DNA from: an uncultured Candidatus Rokubacteria bacterium
GTDB taxonomy: Bacteria > Methylomirabilota > Methylomirabilia > Rokubacteriales > CSP1-6
NCBI GenBank assembly: GCA_963758635.1
Contig: CAVWWD010000005.1
Location: 32,001 to 96,000, forward strand
Direction: 5' to 3'
DNA: 64,000 bases
Within the stretch, counting starts at the first letter, position 1; every line of letters begins with the position of its first letter. Position numbers and translations under genes: made by a program. This document shows, piece after piece, positions 58,826-64,000 of this stretch. The notes below the pieces were generated by a model that worked only from the letters and a program-made list of their open reading frames with translations, was not told the origin of the DNA and made no database searches.

Positions 58826-61168
58826 TCAGCGCGCGGCGCGACACGCCTCCCAGACCCGCTCCGCGCTCACCGGAAGGGTCCGGAGGCCGGGCCCGCGCCG
58901 GGCGATCGCGTCCTCGACGGCGTTGGCGATGACGACGGGCGGCGAGATGATCCCGCTCTCGCCCACGCCCTTGATGCCGACCTCGTTGATCATCGACGCG
59001 TGGTCCAGCGCGAGGACGTCGAGCGCGGGCACGATCCCCGCCGTCGGCAGCGCGTACTCCATCAGCGTGCCGGTGAGGAGCTGCCCCGCGCCGTCGTACA
59101 CGATCTCCTCCATGAGCGCGGCGCCCAGCCCCTGGACGATCCCGCCGTGGAGCTGTCCCTCCACCACCATGGGATTGATCGGCCGGCCGCAGTCGTGGAC
59201 GGCGGCATAGCGGAGGACGCGCACCGCGCCGGTCTCGGCGTCCACCTCGACCAGGCCGACGTGGGCGCCGAAGGCCCACGTGACGGTGCCCGGATAGAAG
59301 AAGGCGCAGGCGTGGAGCCCCGGCGCGCCCTCGCGCGCCAGCGCCCGGCTGCGCACCGATGCGGAGGCGACGCGCGCCAGCGGGACCGACCGGCCCGGCA
59401 CGCCGGCGACGTGGGCGTGGCCGCCTTCCAGCACCACGTCGTCCGCCGCGGCTTCCAGGATCTCCGCGGCCACGAGCCGCGCCTTGCGCGCCACCTCGCG
59501 CGCGGAGCGGGCGACCGCGGGGCCGGCCACGGCGGCGACGCGGCTCGCGATCGTGCCCATGCCGTGCCGCATCACCGAGGTGTCGCCGCCGATGACCACG
59601 ACGCGATCCACCGGAACCGACAGCTCCGCCGCGGCGATCTGGGCGAGCGTCGTCTCGTGGGCCTGGCCCTGGGAGGACACGCCGACCAGCACGTGCACGG
59701 TGCCCTGGCCGTCGACGCGCACGTCGGCGCCCTCGAAGGGGCCGATGCCCGTGCCCTCCACGTAGGCGGAGAGGCCGATGCCGATCGGCCGCGGGCCGTC
59801 CTGCCGGCGGCGCTGCTCCTCGCGCCAGCGCCCGTACTCGAAGCGCTCGAGGAGACGATCGAACGCCGCCGGGTAGTCGGCGGGGTCGTACACGATGGGC
59901 TCTCCGTCGCGATAGGTGAGTCCCGTCGCGTACGGCATCGCGCCGGGGGCGATCAGGTTCCGCCGCCGCAGCTCCGCCGGATCCATGTCGATCGCGCGCG
60001 CCGCGCGGTCGAGGAGCCGGTCGAGCACGAACGCCGCCTCCGGGCGGCCCGCGCCGCGGTAGGCGGCCGAGAACGTCTTGTGGGTGACGACGTTCACGGC
60101 GCGCGCCCGGTAGTTCTCGACGCGGTAGGGGCCGGGGAGGTGGTTGATGGTGTTCCGCCCGATCACGTCCTCGAGCATCGGGTACGCGCCGTGATCCCGC
60201 GTGAACAACGTCTCGATCGCGGTGATCGCCCCGTCCGCGCCGACGCCGATCCGCGCCCGGTGGCGCTGGTCGCGGTCCGGGGCCGACGACCAGAGATGCT
60301 CGCGCCGCGACTCGACCCACTTCACGGGCCGGCCGAGCCGCGCCGCGACCAGCGGGATCAGGACGTCCTCGGGGTAGCAGTGGCCCTTGCCCCCGAAACC
60401 GCCACCGACGTCGGGGGCGATGACGCGCACGCGCTCCTCGCTGATGCCGAGCGCGCGCGCCACCGCCGCGCGCACCGCGTACGGCACCTGCGTCGAGGTC
60501 CAGACCGTGAACACGAGATCGGGGCCGGCGGGGCGGGCGAGCACCCCGCGCGGCTCGATGGGCATCGGCGCCACCCGGGGGATCAGGAGCTCTGCCTCCA
60601 CGACGGCGGCGGCGGCGGCGAAGCCGCGCCCGGGATCGCCGATGCTCGCCGCCGACACGCCGACGACGTTGTCCGGCCAGTCCGCGAAGACACGGGGGGC
60701 CCCGGGCGCGAGCGCCTCGTCCACGGTGACCACGGCGGGGAGCGGCTCGAGGTCCACCACCAGCGCGTCCGCGGCGTCGGCGGCGCGGTACGGATCGTCG
60801 GCGACGACGACGGCCACCGCCTCGCCCGCGTGCCTCGCCTCGCCGGCGGCGAGCGCGGGATGCCGGTGGACGCGGAACGACGGCGACGGCACGAGCGGCG
60901 GCACCGCGTCGGAGACGTTGGGGAGGTCCGCCGCGGTGATCACGGCGACGACGCCGGGCAGGGCCAGCGCGGGGCCGGCCTCGATCCCGCGGATACGGGC
61001 GCGCGCGTACGGGCTCCGCACGATCGCCGCGTGCGCCACGCCCGGCACGCGGAGGTCGTCCACGAACTGGCCCCGGCCGACGACGAGGCGCTCGTCCTCC
61101 TTGCGCTTGATGGCCGCGCCGAACGGCGGAGGCAGCGGGCGCGGCGCGCTCCCGTGCGTGTCGCTCAC
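58826..61168 (-). CDS. Xanthine dehydrogenase-family molybdopterin large subunit (form II CoxL-like)
   Basis: KRKEDERLV, VGGGFGGK, AYRGAGRPE, QGQAHET, EGQLHGG, GIKGVGE. Confidence 0.9.
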   Translation of the reverse strand: MSDTHGSAPRPLPPPFGAAIKRKEDERLVVGRGQFVDDLRVPGVAHAAIVRSPYARARIRGIEAGPALALPGVVAVITAADLPNVSDAVPPLVPSPSFRVHRHPALAAGEARHAGEAVAVVVADDPYRAADAADALVVDLEPLPAVVTVDEALAPGAPRVFADWPDNVVGVSAASIGDPGRGFAAAAAVVEAELLIPRVAPMPIEPRGVLARPAGPDLVFTVWTSTQVPYAVRAAVARALGISEERVRVIAPDVGGGFGGKGHCYPEDVLIPLVAARLGRPVKWVESRREHLWSSAPDRDQRHRARIGVGADGAITAIETLFTRDHGAYPMLEDVIGRNTINHLPGPYRVENYRARAVNVVTHKTFSAAYRGAGRPEAAFVLDRLLDRAARAIDMDPAELRRRNLIAPGAMPYATGLTYRDGEPIVYDPADYPAAFDRLLERFEYGRWREEQRRRQDGPRPIGIGLSAYVEGTGIGPFEGADVRVDGQGTVHVLVGVSSQGQAHETTLAQIAAAELSVPVDRVVVIGGDTSVMRHGMGTIASRVAAVAGPAVARSAREVARKARLVAAEILEAAADDVVLEGGHAHVAGVPGRSVPLARVASASVRSRALAREGAPGLHACAFFYPGTVTWAFGAHVGLVEVDAETGAVRVLRYAAVHDCGRPINPMVVEGQLHGGIVQGLGAALMEEIVYDGAGQLLTGTLMEYALPTAGIVPALDVLALDHASMINEVGIKGVGESGIISPPVVIANAVEDAIARRGPGLRTLPVSAERVWEACRAAR

Positions 61169-62616
61169 AGCCGCAGGAGCCCGACCACGGTCGCGGTGAC
61201 GAGCAGGTTATTGCAGGCGTGGGCGATGATCGCGGGCCACAGGCTCCCGGTGCGCTGGTAGGCGTAGGCCCAGAGAATGCCGCTCCACATCACCGAGGCG
61301 AATCCGGCCAGGCCGTAGCCGTGGGCCGCGGCGAAGATCAGCGCGCTGGCCAGGGCCGCCGGCGTCACCGGCAGGAGCCGGCGCAGCGTGGCGAAGCCGA
61401 CGCCGCGGAACATCGCCTCCTCGACGAGCGGCGTCCACAGCACGGTGTCCACGCTGTCCACCGCGACCAGCCACCACGGCTTCCACAGGAGATCCTCGGG
61501 CAGGCCGTCCGCCCAGTGGCTGGGGAAGTCGAGCCACGACGCGGCGACGCCGATCAGCGCCTCGCCGAGAGTGCCGAGCGCGACCAGCGCGAGGGTGATC
61601 GCGACGAGCCCACCGAGCCGCGAGCGCGCGACGCCCAGCCCGAACGTGGCCACGACCGACTCGCCGTGCTTCCCGAGGTACCAGGCGAGCCACGCCAGGG
61701 CAGGAGCGCCGGCGAGGAAGCCGCCCGCGCTGAGCAGAATGTCGTGGCCGGACAGGAGCGCGCCGGGGAGCCAGGCGAGGAGGAGGAAGCCGCACGCGCC
61801 GCGCACGAACAGCCCGTACCCGTCGGCGACGGGCCAGCGCGCGGGCAGGGGCGCCCCGGCGAGGGCAGGGGCGCCGTGGACGACGACGGCCCGCAACGCG
61901 GCGACCCCGGACACCAGCAGCGCGAGCTCGGCGAGGACGAGCACGCGCCAGCGCATCAGGAGGCTCCGGCCGCGCGCAAGGATCGACGCCTCCGCCTCCT
62001 GGCGTCCTCGCTCGTCGCCGATCCGCTCGGCGATCCGCGCCGCGAGCGTGTCGGTGAACCAGTTCGAGGGCATCGAGGACCGGAGCTCGGCGAGGGCGTC
62101 CGCGGCGGCCTCGGGATCCTGGGCGGTGTCGCCGTAGGCGGCGAGCAGCCACTCCGCGCGCCGCGCGTCCGGCCCGTGGAGCGCGCCGGCGCGCGCCCGC
62201 GCCGCAGCACCGCGTCCCGCCTCGGCGAGCAGCACGGCCAGGTAGAGATCCGCCGCGCCGCTGCCCGGCGCCGACTCGTCCTCGGTCAGCTCCGTGTACC
62301 AGGCGATGGGGTCGTCGAGATCGGCGTCGTTGACCCCGAGCAGCGCGCCCAGGGTCTGCTGGACCGGCGACGCGCGGGCGAAGGCCTCGCGCAGGTCGAG
62401 CGTCCGCGTGACGACGCGGGTCAAGGACGCCTCGGGCGCGTCGAGTCCAGCGATGGGCGACGGGTCGCGGCCCACGACCAGCAGGGCGACGAGGAGCGCC
62501 ACGACGAGGGAGCACGTGACGGTGACCGAGCGCCAGAGGATCGCCCGGGGGCGCGGGGCTTCGGGAGCGTCCGACATCGGGGTCGCCGCGAGGGCGGGGG
62601 ACGGCGGGGTGGACAT
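61165..62616 (-). CDS. CPBP (CAAX/Abi) intramembrane metalloprotease with N-terminal extension
   Basis: PLVEEAMFRG, FAAAH, IIAHACNN. Confidence 0.85.
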   Translation of the reverse strand: MSTPPSPALAATPMSDAPEAPRPRAILWRSVTVTCSLVVALLVALLVVGRDPSPIAGLDAPEASLTRVVTRTLDLREAFARASPVQQTLGALLGVNDADLDDPIAWYTELTEDESAPGSGAADLYLAVLLAEAGRGAAARARAGALHGPDARRAEWLLAAYGDTAQDPEAAADALAELRSSMPSNWFTDTLAARIAERIGDERGRQEAEASILARGRSLLMRWRVLVLAELALLVSGVAALRAVVVHGAPALAGAPLPARWPVADGYGLFVRGACGFLLLAWLPGALLSGHDILLSAGGFLAGAPALAWLAWYLGKHGESVVATFGLGVARSRLGGLVAITLALVALGTLGEALIGVAASWLDFPSHWADGLPEDLLWKPWWLVAVDSVDTVLWTPLVEEAMFRGVGFATLRRLLPVTPAALASALIFAAAHGYGLAGFASVMWSGILWAYAYQRTGSLWPAIIAHACNNLLVTATVVGLLRL

Positions 62617-62682
62617 GCGCGACGCGAGTATAGCACCGGCCGCGCGGCCGCCTCCGGGCCGAGTCTGCTATCGTGGACGGCG

Positions 62683-63478
62683 ATGTACGGCAAGGCCGCC
62701 ACCGGCTATCCGCAGCGCGTCGTGTGTCTGGCCGCGGAGCACGTCGAGACGTGCTTCGCGCTGGGCGTGGGCGACCGCGTGGCCGGCGTGCCCGGCACGG
62801 TGCGCCATCCTCCGGAGGCGCGCGACCTGCCGCACGTGGGCGGCTTCACCACGTTCCGCGCCGACCGCATCGTGGCGCTCGCCCCCGACCTCGTGCTCGC
62901 GTTCTCCGACCTGCAGGCCGACGTGACCGCCGAGCTCGTCCGCGCCGGGCTGCCGGTGCTGTGCACCAACCCGCGCTCGCTCGACGAGGTGCTCGCGAGC
63001 CTGCTCGTCGTGGGCGGCGCGCTCGGCCGCGCGCGCGAGGCCGAGGCGCTCGTCCTCGACATGCGCGACGAGATCCGGCAGGTGCGCGAGTTCTCCAGCG
63101 TGTGGCCGCATGCGTCCGCGCGTGTACTTCGAGGAGTGGCCCGATCCGCCGATCGCGGGCATCGCGTGGGTCTCCGAGCTGATCGAGCTCGCGGGCGGAC
63201 GCGACGTGTTCGCCGAGCTCCGCGACCGGCGCGCCGCCGCCGGCCGCATCGTGGACCTGGACGAGGTCGCGCGCCGCGACCCCGAGGTGATCCTCGCCTC
63301 GTGGTGCGGCAAGCCGCTCGACGCCGCGTCGATCGCAGCGCGGCCCGGGTGGGCGGACGTGAGCGCGGTCCGCGCGGGGCGCATCTTCGAGCTGCCGGGC
63401 GCCGACGTGCTCGTGCCGGGGCCGTCGCTGATGCGCGGGCTCCGGAGCATTCACGAGATCGTCCAGCAGGTGCTCTGA
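62683..63478 (+). CDS. BtuF/TroA-like periplasmic-binding-fold protein without signal peptide (frameshift near 63110)
   Basis: YPQRVVCL, PDLVLAFSDLQAD, RPRVYFEEWPDP, WVSELIELAGG, ASWCGK, PGP. Confidence 0.8.
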
Positions 63479-63679
63479 CCGTGGGCACGTCCGGCCCGCC
63501 GCGGAAGACGCCGTGAACGAGCGGCGCGCAACTCCTCGAAAGACAGGAGCAAACGAAACCAGGTGAGAACTGCCCGAGAACGGAGGCGCGGGCGCGCGAG
63601 ACGCCGATTAAATTGGCGGACGCTCTCAGGCCCGGTGCTACCATGGGTTCCTCCTGCGACCCCACGGAGAGAAAAAACA

Positions 63680-64000
63680 GTGCTAGCCCGTCCAGAACAG
63701 TTCTTCGCGGATCGTTTCGGCCTCACCACGTCCGGCATGGAGCGCCTGCTCGGCACCACCCTCGCGCGCGCCGACCACGCCGACCTGTTCCTGGAGTACC
63801 GCGTGAACGAGGAGCTGGTGCTCGAGGAAGGCGCGGTCAAGAAGGCCTCGCGTCACGTGAGCCAGGGCGCGGGGGTCCGCGCCCAATCCGGCGAGCGCAC
63901 CGGCTACGCGCACACCGACGACCTCTCGCTCGGCACGCTCGAGGAGGCCGCGCGCCAGGCCCGCGCCATCGCCGAGCGGGCGGGAACGAGCGCGGTCGTC
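63680..64000 (+). CDS. tldD: TldD metalloprotease, N-terminal part; runs off the window
   Basis: Manual translation from GTG: ...ADHADLFLEYRVNEELVLEEGAVKKASRHVSQGAGVRAQSGERTGYAHTDDL; RBS GGAGAG. Confidence 0.85.
   Translation, partial: MLARPEQFFADRFGLTTSGMERLLGTTLARADHADLFLEYRVNEELVLEEGAVKKASRHVSQGAGVRAQSGERTGYAHTDDLSLGTLEEAARQARAIAERAGTSAVV

Noticed and set aside
58826..61168. Bona fide aerobic CO dehydrogenase (form I coxL)
   Set aside because: The active-site loop is AYRGAGR, not AYXCSFR, and coxM/coxS/accessory genes are absent
63500..63632. Glycine riboswitch (CTCTCAGG present)
   Set aside because: Lacks the GGAGA...CCGAAG core, and the downstream gene is tldD

Overview
Very GC-rich bacterial chromosomal DNA from a diderm; the gene content (futalosine menaquinone genes, zinc-ribbon/cyclase/AAA/TPR protein, HAAT transporter, hydantoinase pair) resembles Candidatus Rokubacteria/Methylomirabilota, which is an inference. 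1-13.8 kb: a sigma54-driven exopolysaccharide cluster (wecB, deacetylase, epimerase, nucleotide-sugar dehydrogenase, wzc, priming sugar transferase, beta-barrel, wza) with two perfect -24/-12 promoters, an IHF site, two enhancer-binding proteins (one with a pseudo-receiver) and a degenerate GGDEF protein with an intact RxxD site. 14-19 kb: mqnE-mqnC, mqnD and a TetR gene interleaved on alternating strands with almost no intergenic space, plus a palindromic operator at the mqnE promoter. The rest is mostly housekeeping/metabolic: MaoC pair, GT28, deacetylase, ilvD, metH, queG, LOG, def, a catabolic cluster with a split HAAT transporter interrupted by a cyclase gene that ends in an integron attC-like site, a MutT-VOC fusion, mutY, TPP riboswitch-thiSGE, M20 hydrolase, ArnT-like, hyuB/hyuA, form II CoxL-like, CAAX protease, BtuF-like and tldD. 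At least four small repeat families are present, some translated inside proteins. About 20 frameshifts, mostly single extra bases, are probably sequencing errors and create several false fusion ORFs. No rRNA, tRNA, CRISPR array, transposase or integrase was found.
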